DNA of 64,000 nt from Candidatus Omnitrophota bacterium. GTDB taxonomy: Bacteria; Omnitrophota; Gorgyraeia; Gygaellales; Profunditerraquicolaceae. The stretch lies in the NCBI GenBank assembly GCA_026387335.1, contig JAPLLX010000003.1, positions 138,230 to 202,229 of the forward strand. The letters are read 5' to 3'. This document shows positions 55,573 through 64,000 of this stretch, one piece after another; positions within the stretch are counted from its first letter, which is position 1; each line of letters begins with the position of its first letter. The position numbers and the translations under genes are program-made. The notes beneath the pieces were generated by a model. The model made no database searches, was not told where the DNA came from, and worked only from the letters and a program-made list of their open reading frames with translations.

Positions 55573-57252
55573 CTACTCTTGACTCCAACCAGAACAAATT
55601 CCTTTTGTAAAATACAGGTTTATTTTCTGGTTACCAATTTTATAGGTAGCAGTAATGACTTCTTGTGTCTTATGATTCTTCAATAAATTAACTGGTTTAT
55701 CAAAAAGGATGCTTGCTTCTTCAAAAGTTATTTGCTTTATTACATCTAGAGCATCTATTTTACCAACATACCTTTTTATTAATTCTTCTCTATTCTCTGA
55801 CGAAGGACCTGATGATTTACTCGCTTTAGAATACTGCATTATATTCTTAATGAATGTACTTACTAAACTTTCCCTTTTCTCGGTCTTCTCGTCTGGCTTG
55901 ACAAACCCTGACAAGGAAGATTCTGAATCTGTCGAAACTCTATACTGCAATATTCGTTGAAATATAATATTATCTTTGTCTTTTTGGATATCAACATCAA
56001 ACTCATATTTCAATTTATCTGCTATCCCATCATTTGACAGTTGTGAATTTCGGCCATTAATAAATCCGATACTAATCTTATGCTTTCCTGGTGGAATAAA
56101 TAGTGGATAAATAATAACATGTTCGGGTAGCAGGCTCCAATATCTTATGTCTGCTTTTGGATTTGTTATCCCACTCATAATAGCTGCCCCACCTGAGAAT
56201 AAAGCAGAAATTCCTGCTGCTGCAGCCAATGCGGCCTTTGAATACTGATCGGACGTCTGGTTAGCTTGATTCAAAAGTTGTTGAGAAAGACCAATCGCTG
56301 CTACAGAAGTATTTGCTGCGTTAGTTTTAAATTGAGCTTTCCCCTTTAGTATCGCATCCATCTTCCTTCCGCCTCTTGTGCTTGCCTGAAAATATATATC
56401 TGTATTAGAATATACTTGATTTTCTGCACTTACTTTGCCATCAATCTTTATATTCCAACCACTAATATCGTACCGATTCCCATTTATCACTGCTAATTCA
56501 CCGTATCGGCCCCTTCTTGACTTAAATGGCCCTTCGCCGAATTCAATAACTAATAAAATATTATTTTTTAGATCAAGTATTTTATTTATAAATTCATCAC
56601 TGAAACCAAGGCTAGAATAATCAGGATTATTTTCTAGTTCCTTAACTACGTTATAATAATCACTGCTTAATGATTCTTCTCCTAATTTATTAGAAATGCG
56701 CGAAACAAGCAAATAAAGTATCGCGATATCGCTTTTATATGCTTCCCCCTTTGAATCAGAATCTGCTAATATTCCATTTTTTAAGGCAGCTTTCGCATTT
56801 TCTAAGTCTCCTTTATTGTAAAGCAATAATCCTACATACAGCGAATTCATCGCTTTTTCGTATGGATCGCCTTTATAGGCCTTACTATCCTCAGAACCTG
56901 TTAAGGAAACTGCCCCGCGCTCTAGTTCTTTAAATGCAGGAATATTATTCATCAGATAATGCGCTTTTAAAAACGCGTCGAGCGCTTTATCATAATCTCC
57001 TTGGGCTAAATATATTGAACCTAATTGATTATCCCATAAGGCATAATTCCTATCCCTTAGCTTAGATGCCTCTTCATATGTTTCTGTTGCAGTCTTAAAG
57101 TTGCCAGATTGAATTTGGTAATTGTAATCACCAATTTTTTCAAAAGAATACTTGTCTACATGCGCGCAGGAAGCCAGAAGCACACTGCAGCAAATCAATG
57201 GTAAGACTTTAACTGCTTGGATAATCTTTTTGTTTTGTGGGATTAGTTTCAT
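55573..57252 (-). CDS. TPR-containing lipoprotein (COG3014-like)
   Basis: Lipobox LASC, TPR-like helices, YKGDPYEK and KADIRYWSLLP motifs. Confidence 0.7.
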   Translation of the reverse strand: MKLIPQNKKIIQAVKVLPLICCSVLLASCAHVDKYSFEKIGDYNYQIQSGNFKTATETYEEASKLRDRNYALWDNQLGSIYLAQGDYDKALDAFLKAHYLMNNIPAFKELERGAVSLTGSEDSKAYKGDPYEKAMNSLYVGLLLYNKGDLENAKAALKNGILADSDSKGEAYKSDIAILYLLVSRISNKLGEESLSSDYYNVVKELENNPDYSSLGFSDEFINKILDLKNNILLVIEFGEGPFKSRRGRYGELAVINGNRYDISGWNIKIDGKVSAENQVYSNTDIYFQASTRGGRKMDAILKGKAQFKTNAANTSVAAIGLSQQLLNQANQTSDQYSKAALAAAAGISALFSGGAAIMSGITNPKADIRYWSLLPEHVIIYPLFIPPGKHKISIGFINGRNSQLSNDGIADKLKYEFDVDIQKDKDNIIFQRILQYRVSTDSESSLSGFVKPDEKTEKRESLVSTFIKNIMQYSKASKSSGPSSENREELIKRYVGKIDALDVIKQITFEEASILFDKPVNLLKNHKTQEVITATYKIGNQKINLYFTKGICSGWSQE

Positions 57253-57295
57253 TTTTAATTAAGGGAAGCGTGCTAGATCTAAACTAGGATGTGCC

Positions 57296-58294
57296 TTATC
57301 TTTCTGAAGTATTATTTCCGTAGATTCGATTCCAAAGGTTAGTTTCGGTATTCTTTTTAAGAATAACTCTCTTCGCCGAGACAATATCTCCTTCTTTAAT
57401 TAGAACTTTTATGTCCAAAGATTTAGCTAAAGATAAGCTCTTTTCTAAAACATCTACAACCTTGATCTTAGCAATCTCTGTTTGCTTATAACCAAGAACC
57501 TGGCCAGTAGTTTGATCTTTAATTGAATCTTCTAAGCGAATTACAGCAAAAACATCATTTTTTTCAATTTTATCATCAAACCCAGCATTTATATATACAC
57601 CTTTATCATCTAAACGCACCACACGACAAGTCCAAGGGTTGCCTTCTAAATCATCCGATAAAGCATGAACTGCACGTGCTAATGCCTTTTGCAAATAATC
57701 CCTCTGCCCTGTTCCGGTTGAGATTACAGCTCCTGTATTAACATCTACTAAACGCAATGTTATTGTATATTGGGTAGAGCTAAACTGTTCACCGCCATAA
57801 TTAGGTAAAATTTCTCCGAGCAAAATATATTGCACCCCATAAATATTCCCTAGCTCATTAGCGGGATCTTTTTTCACCCAATCTGATTTTTCAAATTTAA
57901 TTTCCCGAATCAATTGGTTTACCTCTTGCCGCTCCACAACTTCAAACTTATCGGTCTTTTGAAGAAGGTCGGATAACATTCCTACAACTGAGTTAACTTG
58001 CGGTACTCCGGGTTTTTCAAGATTTGGCGTAGAAATGTTAATATTATACGTTTGAGACCTGCTATCCTCTTTTTCGGCGGTTTTATTAAACGGACTCCCG
58101 GGAATATCGACTGATTCACCAAAGCTACCAATCGCTACTTTATATTTTATATTTTTTTCTTTAACCCGATTTAATTTTTCCTGAGAATATTTAAATTCTT
58201 TCTTTTCTCCTTCTCCCGCCTGAACAACCCCCCGAGTCAAAAATCCAAATACAAAAAATAAAGTAAATAAACTAAAAAACAACTTTTTTTTCAT
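57296..58294 (-). CDS. CsgG/HfaB-like domain plus FlgT-C-like domain, secreted
   Basis: KFEVVERQEVNQLIRE...LRLVDVNTG; C-terminal VYINAG...IKDQTTGQVLG. Confidence 0.7.
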   Translation of the reverse strand: MKKKLFFSLFTLFFVFGFLTRGVVQAGEGEKKEFKYSQEKLNRVKEKNIKYKVAIGSFGESVDIPGSPFNKTAEKEDSRSQTYNINISTPNLEKPGVPQVNSVVGMLSDLLQKTDKFEVVERQEVNQLIREIKFEKSDWVKKDPANELGNIYGVQYILLGEILPNYGGEQFSSTQYTITLRLVDVNTGAVISTGTGQRDYLQKALARAVHALSDDLEGNPWTCRVVRLDDKGVYINAGFDDKIEKNDVFAVIRLEDSIKDQTTGQVLGYKQTEIAKIKVVDVLEKSLSLAKSLDIKVLIKEGDIVSAKRVILKKNTETNLWNRIYGNNTSER

Positions 58295-58313
58295 CGTTTA
58301 CTCCTTATGTTCT

Positions 58314-58742
58314 TTACTGGGCTTTACGAATACGAATCGTGTAATCCTTGGCCTTAGAATTAAAAGCAGTTGTTTTATATGCGTACGTAGAATACTGAGG
58401 AATCAAGATAAGCTCCCAATTAGTATCGTCACCTATCTGAAAACCTTTGTCGTCGCGAAAAATAGTTTGAACTTGCAATCTTAATAACTCTTTTTTCATA
58501 TTGCGTATCTCGCAATATACTTTTAGCCGATTATCATCGGTTAAGTCAGTTTTCTGAGCTAAAATGACAACTCGCTTTTGAGAAAACTGATTGTCCAGAT
58601 CCTTATCGAGAATAACTACTTTCAGATTCCGTTCCTTATCCTGATTAACACTATAGGGAATAGTATGATAAGGACCAGCGGCGCAACCATTTAGAATAAA
58701 AATTCCAACTGCTATAAAAAATATAGAAGAAAGTTTTGACAT
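58314..58742 (-). CDS. YcfL/DUF1425-like lipoprotein
   Basis: Lipobox LNGC; F.DDKGF...W...I......A.DYTIRIR pattern. Confidence 0.7.
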   Translation of the reverse strand: MSKLSSIFFIAVGIFILNGCAAGPYHTIPYSVNQDKERNLKVVILDKDLDNQFSQKRVVILAQKTDLTDDNRLKVYCEIRNMKKELLRLQVQTIFRDDKGFQIGDDTNWELILIPQYSTYAYKTTAFNSKAKDYTIRIRKAQ

Positions 58743-58765
58743 ATTTATCTCCTTATCGTTTAAGT

Positions 58766-59362
58766 TTATTGATAGGCAACCCCTGATTCACCAACTCGTT
58801 TTATCTCATAAGAATCTTCCCAAATAATATCGCTAGTTTCCGCATCAATTAATTGAAAAGCCATTAAGACATAATCTGACCGGTTGTTGCTAACTGCCTT
58901 TGATAATCCAGTTAATTCTCCAGTCAAATAAAAATCAACTCCGTAAAGATCGCCCTCCTTACTAGCTGTTACTAAATTCTTTCTTTTAGCTTCACGTTCC
59001 TTAAGGATATCATCTATTCGGTCGCGGGCAAGAAATCGTACCTTTCCGGTAGCATTTTTATTAAGTTCCATTCGAATCTTTTGAGTAAAAATATCTTTAT
59101 TAATTATAAATCGTGTACTGTTCTTAACCGGTAGAAGGGCGATTCGAGGAGTTCCTTGAGCATTCATAATCTCGGGAACCTCTAAGATAGAAATGGCCAT
59201 CTTCCGGGCAACCGTTAGTAAGTCTGTCGATTCAATACCAGTCCCACCTAAATTATCATCATTATCAGGGAGGATCACATTTGAGTGCGAAACCGGAACA
59301 CTAGCACATGATGATAATGTTATTGTAAATAAAATCAATACTAACAATTTAAAATGTTTCAT
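58766..59362 (-). CDS. LpoB-like (penicillin-binding protein activator family) lipoprotein
   Basis: Lipobox LSSC; GTGIESTDL, VKNST, DFYLTGEL, FQLIDAETSDIIWED; start MKHFK after a GGGGAG SD. Confidence 0.7.
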   Translation of the reverse strand: MKHFKLLVLILFTITLSSCASVPVSHSNVILPDNDDNLGGTGIESTDLLTVARKMAISILEVPEIMNAQGTPRIALLPVKNSTRFIINKDIFTQKIRMELNKNATGKVRFLARDRIDDILKEREAKRKNLVTASKEGDLYGVDFYLTGELTGLSKAVSNNRSDYVLMAFQLIDAETSDIIWEDSYEIKRVGESGVAYQ

Positions 59363-59419
59363 TTCTCTCCCCTTTCGTCTCAAGATGACTTTTAACATAG
59401 ATTTATCTATTTTTGGAAC

Positions 59420-59449
59420 AAAAAAACAATTCCCTCTATAGAGAATTGT
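59420..59449 (-). terminator. Terminator-like hairpin in the leader of the lipoprotein operon
   Basis: Minus strand ACAATTCTCT-ATAG-AGGGAATTGT followed by a T run. Confidence 0.55.
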
Positions 59450-59610
59450 CTATAAAATTACATATCTAATTCTATTGCCACTTCCTTGTGACATAGATTG
59501 ATTATACACTCCATAGGCTTATATTCAACATTTATTCCCTATTTTGCGTACCGCCGGATTTCTAAAAGCGGTTTTTTAATTATGGAAAATAATTATCCAA
59601 CTTGTTACAG

Positions 59611-60375
59611 CTATTTCTTATATCGCAAAGAGCCTATTTGAGAAAAGAATTTTCCTGCATCAATTTTATTTATATTTAAATATACAGAATGATCTGGATA
59701 GTAATTTCTTATTGGGGTAATATGGCTTGGCACGAATTCACTAAGCATTCTCTTAAGCTGGATTATGCCTTTTCTATTAACGGACCTAACCCTAATCATG
59801 CCCCTAGCATTAAAACAAGCCTCATCATCAAAAAACGCCTTAATCCAATTCTTTTTTACTTCTTTTTTTGCTTTCATAATTTTTGGAGAAATAAACCATT
59901 CCCTGGATTTGCCACCTCCCAGATCCTTCATTAACCGCCACACATCCTTTGATTTAACTGTTACGCAGTTATTTCTAAAATATGGTTTTAATCCGAAGGT
60001 CGACTTTGAATCTCTTATAAATTCCCTGATTAAACGTTGATTAAAATTGGTATATTGCACTCCAAATCTAAAACGATAACTGTTAGGTTTATAGATTCCC
60101 ATGTAACCATATGCGTCTTTTTCTCGTCTCTGGAATAAATTACCGTCTCCGCAAACGTGCGCATGCACCCTTGCTAATGCAGAAGTAATCTTTCGCGGTA
60201 TTTTAATTTTGGGGAGGGATCTGTTTCTTTTAAACTTCTTTGATAGGTGCTGATTTACAGAACCAGGAGTTCTAGCTAAAATTTTACAAATCTTCAATAT
60301 TGAAAGCTTCTTATCAAAATAAAGATTTTTTAACCTTTTATCTTCTTTTTTGCTCCATTTTTTAATATTTCGCAT
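59611..60375 (-). CDS. Free-standing two-motif LAGLIDADG (DOD-type) endonuclease with N-terminal HTH/Myb-like domain
   Basis: Motif 1 LARVHAHVCGDGN, motif 2 WIKAFFDDEA; N-terminal KWSKKED...LSILKICKILART; no intein splicing motifs. Confidence 0.8.
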   Translation of the reverse strand: MRNIKKWSKKEDKRLKNLYFDKKLSILKICKILARTPGSVNQHLSKKFKRNRSLPKIKIPRKITSALARVHAHVCGDGNLFQRREKDAYGYMGIYKPNSYRFRFGVQYTNFNQRLIREFIRDSKSTFGLKPYFRNNCVTVKSKDVWRLMKDLGGGKSREWFISPKIMKAKKEVKKNWIKAFFDDEACFNARGMIRVRSVNRKGIIQLKRMLSEFVPSHITPIRNYYPDHSVYLNINKIDAGKFFSQIGSLRYKK

Positions 60376-60396
60376 AATCTATTGAAATATAAAAAA

Positions 60397-60470
60397 TTGC
60401 GGGGGACCGATTTGGACGGTCGACCTCAAGGTTATGAGCCTTGCGAGCTACCAGGCTGCTCCACCCCGCG
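60397..60470 (-). tRNA. tRNA-Met(CAT), initiator type, CCA not encoded
   Basis: CGCGGGG TG GAGC AGCCTGGTA GCTC G CAAGG CTCATAA CCTTG AGGTC GACCG TCCAAAT CGGTC CCCCGCA A folds into a full cloverleaf with a C1xA72 mismatch. Confidence 0.93.
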
Positions 60471-60527
60471 AAACTTTTTAAAGAACAATTATATTATAAC
60501 ACAATAAGATGCGTGAATAGCCGATAT

Positions 60528-60809
60528 CTATTTTTTCTTCTGCGGGACGATCTTAATGGGGATCTCGCCCTTCCTGACTATCCCCATCTTTTCCCGGGCA
60601 ACCCTTTCCTGATAAACCGGGTCGCTGGCTACCTTCTTCATCTCTTCTTCCAAAAGAGCGTTTTCTATATTTAAACGCCGGATTTTATCTAATAAATCCC
60701 GGTTTTTTTCCCGCAGATCCTGAAGCTTGCTAAACCCGGGTAAGAATAAAATCAAAAAAATTATTATTAAACCAAAACCCCAAAAAGCCTTTTTTAATGT
60801 GGCTAACAT
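60528..60809 (-). CDS. ftsB: Septum formation initiator (FtsB/DivIC family)
   Basis: TM helix, coiled coil, ERVAREKMGIVRKGE; directly downstream of eno, a common synteny. Confidence 0.85.
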   Translation of the reverse strand: MLATLKKAFWGFGLIIIFLILFLPGFSKLQDLREKNRDLLDKIRRLNIENALLEEEMKKVASDPVYQERVAREKMGIVRKGEIPIKIVPQKKK

Positions 60810-62075
60810 TTATTTCTTGATAAGCGTGCCCGCGTAAACCGCTTTTGAGCCCAGCTCCTCTTCGATCCTTAAAAGCTCGTTATATTTGCAAATCCTGTCA
60901 GTGCGCGATAGCGAGCCGGTTTTAATCTGGCCGCAAGAACAGGCAACGCTTAAGTGGGCGATTGTCGTATCTTCAGTTTCGCCGCTGCGATGGGATATAA
61001 TCGCCTTATATTTATTTTTCTTGGCGATATTTATCGCTTCAATCGTCTCAGAGAGCGAACCGATCTGATTTAACTTTATCAGTATAGCATTACCTATTCT
61101 TTGCGCAATGCCTTTTTTAAATATCTTGGGGTTAGTGACAAATATATCATCGCCGACCAGCTGAAGCCGCGAACCCAGCTTTTTGGTCATCTCCTGCCAC
61201 CCGAGCCAATCATGCTCGCCTAAGCCATCCTCAATGGATAGAATAGGGTAATTATTTAACCACTCCTCGTAAATCTGGATTAAGTCGCCGGAAGTTTTCT
61301 GGGAATTTTCGAAAAGGTACTTACCGTCTTTACAGAATGAACTGGCGGCGCAATCCAAGGCTAAGGAAACATCCTTACCGGGCTTATACCCGGCTTTCCC
61401 AATCGCCTGGATAATTAAATCCAGGGCTTCGCGGTTAGAAGTTAAATTCGGGGCAAACCCTCCTTCGTCTCCAACTGAAGTAGAGAGCTTCTTGGACTTA
61501 AGGAGCGACTTCAAATTATGGAATACCTCGGTGGCCATACGCAGGGCTTCGCTAAAACGCTGTGTGCCTATAGGCATAATCATAAACTCCTGAATATCCA
61601 GATTGTTATCCGCGTGCATTCCGCCGTTTAAGATATTCATTAAAGGTATCGGTAAAAGTTTTGCCTTTTCTCCGCCTAAAAATCTATATAAAGGCTGTTT
61701 CTTGGATAACGCCGCGGCTTTAGCCACGGCTATAGATACCCCTAGAATCGCGTTGGCGCCTAAATTTGCCTTGTTCTCTGTCCCGTCTAACTTGATTAAT
61801 AAGGCGTCTACCTTATTAAAATCAGGAGTTAAACCCTTTATTTTGGAAGCAATTATGGTATTTACGTTATTCACTGCTTTTAATACGCCCTTACCTAAGT
61901 ACCTCTTCCTATCCCCATCTCTTAATTCCAGGGCTTCTTTTTCACCCGTGGATGCTCCGGAGGGGACCGCTGCCCTGCCTAAAATACCGTTATCCAGAAT
62001 AACATCCACCTCTATCGTGGGATTTCCGCGGGAATCCAGGATTTCCCGGGCCAAAACTTTCTTGATTTTTGCCAT
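60810..62075 (-). CDS. eno: Enolase
   Basis: [43 protein letters not shown]; start MAKIKK placed by SD spacing. Confidence 0.98.
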   Translation of the reverse strand: MAKIKKVLAREILDSRGNPTIEVDVILDNGILGRAAVPSGASTGEKEALELRDGDRKRYLGKGVLKAVNNVNTIIASKIKGLTPDFNKVDALLIKLDGTENKANLGANAILGVSIAVAKAAALSKKQPLYRFLGGEKAKLLPIPLMNILNGGMHADNNLDIQEFMIMPIGTQRFSEALRMATEVFHNLKSLLKSKKLSTSVGDEGGFAPNLTSNREALDLIIQAIGKAGYKPGKDVSLALDCAASSFCKDGKYLFENSQKTSGDLIQIYEEWLNNYPILSIEDGLGEHDWLGWQEMTKKLGSRLQLVGDDIFVTNPKIFKKGIAQRIGNAILIKLNQIGSLSETIEAINIAKKNKYKAIISHRSGETEDTTIAHLSVACSCGQIKTGSLSRTDRICKYNELLRIEEELGSKAVYAGTLIKK

Positions 62076-62171
62076 CTTCATTTCTCCTTGCACAGAAGTG
62101 CACACCGGCCTATCCAATAAGGCCGGGTGTTATATTTTTTTGAATATAGCGGGTTTAACTGTGGAATTCCT

Positions 62172-62251
62172 ATTATACATAGCTAACACAAGCAGTCAAG
62201 GAAAATTGATGTTTCAAATAAATTGACATATAATCAAAGTTATGCTATTTT
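62172..62251. promoter_or_regulatory. Divergent sigma70 promoters for eno and the ftsH-like gene
   Basis: Minus TTGACT-N16-TATAAT (62199-62172); plus TTGACA-N17-TATTTT (62223-62251). Confidence 0.55.
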
Positions 62252-62278
62252 AGTTAAAATCCATAAGGAAAGGCCAAA

Positions 62279-63976
62279 ATGAATAAACGCAAATTAAAAC
62301 TATTTTTCAAAATGCACTGGATAGCCCTCAGTGTAATCTTGTTATGCGCGGTAATCGCCATATCTTTTGTCTTCTTCCTGAATAGCGCCATTAACGCCTG
62401 GATCACCTCCGAATCTTATTTTAAAAAATCCGCCCTGGCCCAATACGGGCTCTTCTTCTATATATTCCTGGTCTTAAACCTTATCAGCCTTCCTTTAAGC
62501 GGCGCGCTCTGGTTATGGATGATGCAGGGCGGCCATATGAAATTCACCCAGATCGGCAAGAAAGCGGTGGAAGGCAAAGATATCCGCATCCACTGGAAAG
62601 ATGTTATCGGGATGGAAGAAGCCAAAGAAGAGGCTATGGAAGTAGTGAGCTTAATGACTGACCGCGTGCAGTTGCAGCTCATTGGAGGTAAAATCCTGAA
62701 AGGGATTTTAATGATGGGGCCTCCGGGTTGCGGAAAAACTTACCTGGCTAAAGCCATAGCCACCGAAGCGAATATGCCTTTTATCGCTATGTCCGGTTCG
62801 GAATTCATTGAGATGTTCGTCGGCGTAGGCGCCAGCCGTATACGCAAGCTTTTTAAACAGGCGCAACAATTAGCCTATGTTGAAGGCGGATGCATAATCT
62901 TTATTGATGAACTTGACGCGGTCGGAGCCCAGCGCTCGGTTGACCGCGGTTTTGGCGGCCAGACTGAAAGCAACACTACCCTAAACCAACTCCTCATTGA
63001 GATGGACGGGTTAAAAGATAAAGAGCATAATGTTGTGATAATCGGCGCCACCAATGCCCCGGAATCATTCCTGGATCCCGCCCTGCTGCGTCCGGGAAGA
63101 TTTGACCGTAAAATTTACCTGGAATTACCCAACCTGGAAGAACGCCAGAAACTCTTTGAATATTATTTAAAAGGTGTAAAGTGCGACGCATCCATTGACC
63201 TCCTGCGCCTAGCCAGATTAACCGTCTCTAACAGCCCCGCGGATGTCTCTAACCTTATCAGGGAAGCAGCGCTCATCGCGATACGCAACAAAAAAGAAGA
63301 AATATCAATGAGGGAAATATCCGAGGCTTATGACCGGGTGGAGATGGGCGTAAAACATAAAGTTGTCTCCACGCAGGAAGAACGCAAGAAAATCGCTTAT
63401 CATGAAGCAGGGCATGCCATTGCTATGTATTTTCTCGCTCCCCACTCCGACGTATTCAAGGCCACGATCCTGGCCCGGGGAGGCGCGCTGGGTTTTGTTA
63501 TGCCCCAGGCCCGTGAAGAAATCCACGTGCGCACTAAAGAGCAATACTTAGGAGATATAAAAGTAAACTTGGGCTCTTATGTCTCCGAAAAACTTAAATT
63601 AAAAACTACCACCTCAGGCGTATCTCAGGATTTTAATAACGCCACGTGGTTCGCGCATAATATGGTCTGGAAGTGGGGTATGGGCGGCTCCGGATTAATC
63701 GGTAATTACAACCTTCTGGAAAACATGCGCGAAGATTACGGATCCTTTAGGGGAGAAAAATCCTCTTTCCTGTCGGAGAAATTAAAGGAACAACTAAATA
63801 ACGACGTTCAAAAGATCCTGAATGACTGCTTAAAAGAAGTTGAGGTCCTGCTTACGCGTGAAGACGCTATACTTGAGCGTTTCGCGCAGGAACTTCTGGA
63901 TAAAGATGAACTCAATTATGATGAAATTGAAGCTATATTTAAAGACTTTGGCAAGGCCCGCCCTTTTACTGCTTAG
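62279..63976 (+). CDS. FtsH-like AAA+ zinc metalloprotease
   Basis: Two N-terminal TM helices, [14 protein letters not shown] pore loop, [25 protein letters not shown]. Confidence 0.9.
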   Translation: MNKRKLKLFFKMHWIALSVILLCAVIAISFVFFLNSAINAWITSESYFKKSALAQYGLFFYIFLVLNLISLPLSGALWLWMMQGGHMKFTQIGKKAVEGKDIRIHWKDVIGMEEAKEEAMEVVSLMTDRVQLQLIGGKILKGILMMGPPGCGKTYLAKAIATEANMPFIAMSGSEFIEMFVGVGASRIRKLFKQAQQLAYVEGGCIIFIDELDAVGAQRSVDRGFGGQTESNTTLNQLLIEMDGLKDKEHNVVIIGATNAPESFLDPALLRPGRFDRKIYLELPNLEERQKLFEYYLKGVKCDASIDLLRLARLTVSNSPADVSNLIREAALIAIRNKKEEISMREISEAYDRVEMGVKHKVVSTQEERKKIAYHEAGHAIAMYFLAPHSDVFKATILARGGALGFVMPQAREEIHVRTKEQYLGDIKVNLGSYVSEKLKLKTTTSGVSQDFNNATWFAHNMVWKWGMGGSGLIGNYNLLENMREDYGSFRGEKSSFLSEKLKEQLNNDVQKILNDCLKEVEVLLTREDAILERFAQELLDKDELNYDEIEAIFKDFGKARPFTA

Positions 63977-64000
63977 CGCCTTCTCCATCCTTTTATCCGG

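Noticed and set aside
59611-60470. LAGLIDADG as part of a tRNA group I intron or an intein
   Set aside because: The tRNA is uninterrupted, no second exon was found downstream, and the ORF lacks Cys/Ser-start and His-Asn-end splicing motifs.
31-63551. Numerous ORFs antisense to or nested within the identified genes (for example 6043..6792, 37900..38490, 61603..62226, 60441..60674)
   Set aside because: These are shadow frames of well-supported genes or of the tRNA, with no independent motifs.
1-64000. CRISPR array or rRNA genes
   Set aside because: No regularly spaced direct repeats or rRNA-like sequence were seen; all intergenic gaps are short.

Overview
This is a gene-dense bacterial chromosomal segment, read almost entirely on the minus strand. 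The LPS genes, PilZ proteins, spoVG and the gene fusions point to a diderm anaerobe, probably Candidatus Omnitrophota/PVC; this is inferred from gene content, not from a database hit. From left to right it holds: an LPS core/lipid A cluster rich in domain fusions (heptose kinase, GT9-GT9, waaF, GT4-GT9, LpxL-ELM1, lpxK, waaA); xerC-topA-dprA-aroK-spoVG-aroC; a mixed block (SNase lipoprotein, Ski2/HelY helicase, Macro-Nudix fusion, retropepsin, TrpB2, AsmA-like protein, CCA enzyme); nrdR-dCMP deaminase-glyA-rpiB-tsaC/ywlE; a purine operon (purB, purL, LOG, purQ, two purF paralogues, purM, purD, purE); a GH94 phosphorylase; an AT-rich lipoprotein island plus a free-standing LAGLIDADG gene at the 3' end of an unusual initiator tRNA-Met; and ftsB, eno and an FtsH-like protease. 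The most unusual signal is non-coding. Several families of palindromic elements with compensatory base changes are scattered through the window. A nested pair of inverted repeats brackets foreign-looking genes inside the pur operon, a 289-bp TA-flanked MITE sits between purB and purL, a recurrent CAAGG/CG(C/T)AG internal-loop motif links four of these loci, and one hairpin sits in frame inside purL. No CRISPR array, rRNA or transposase gene was seen.
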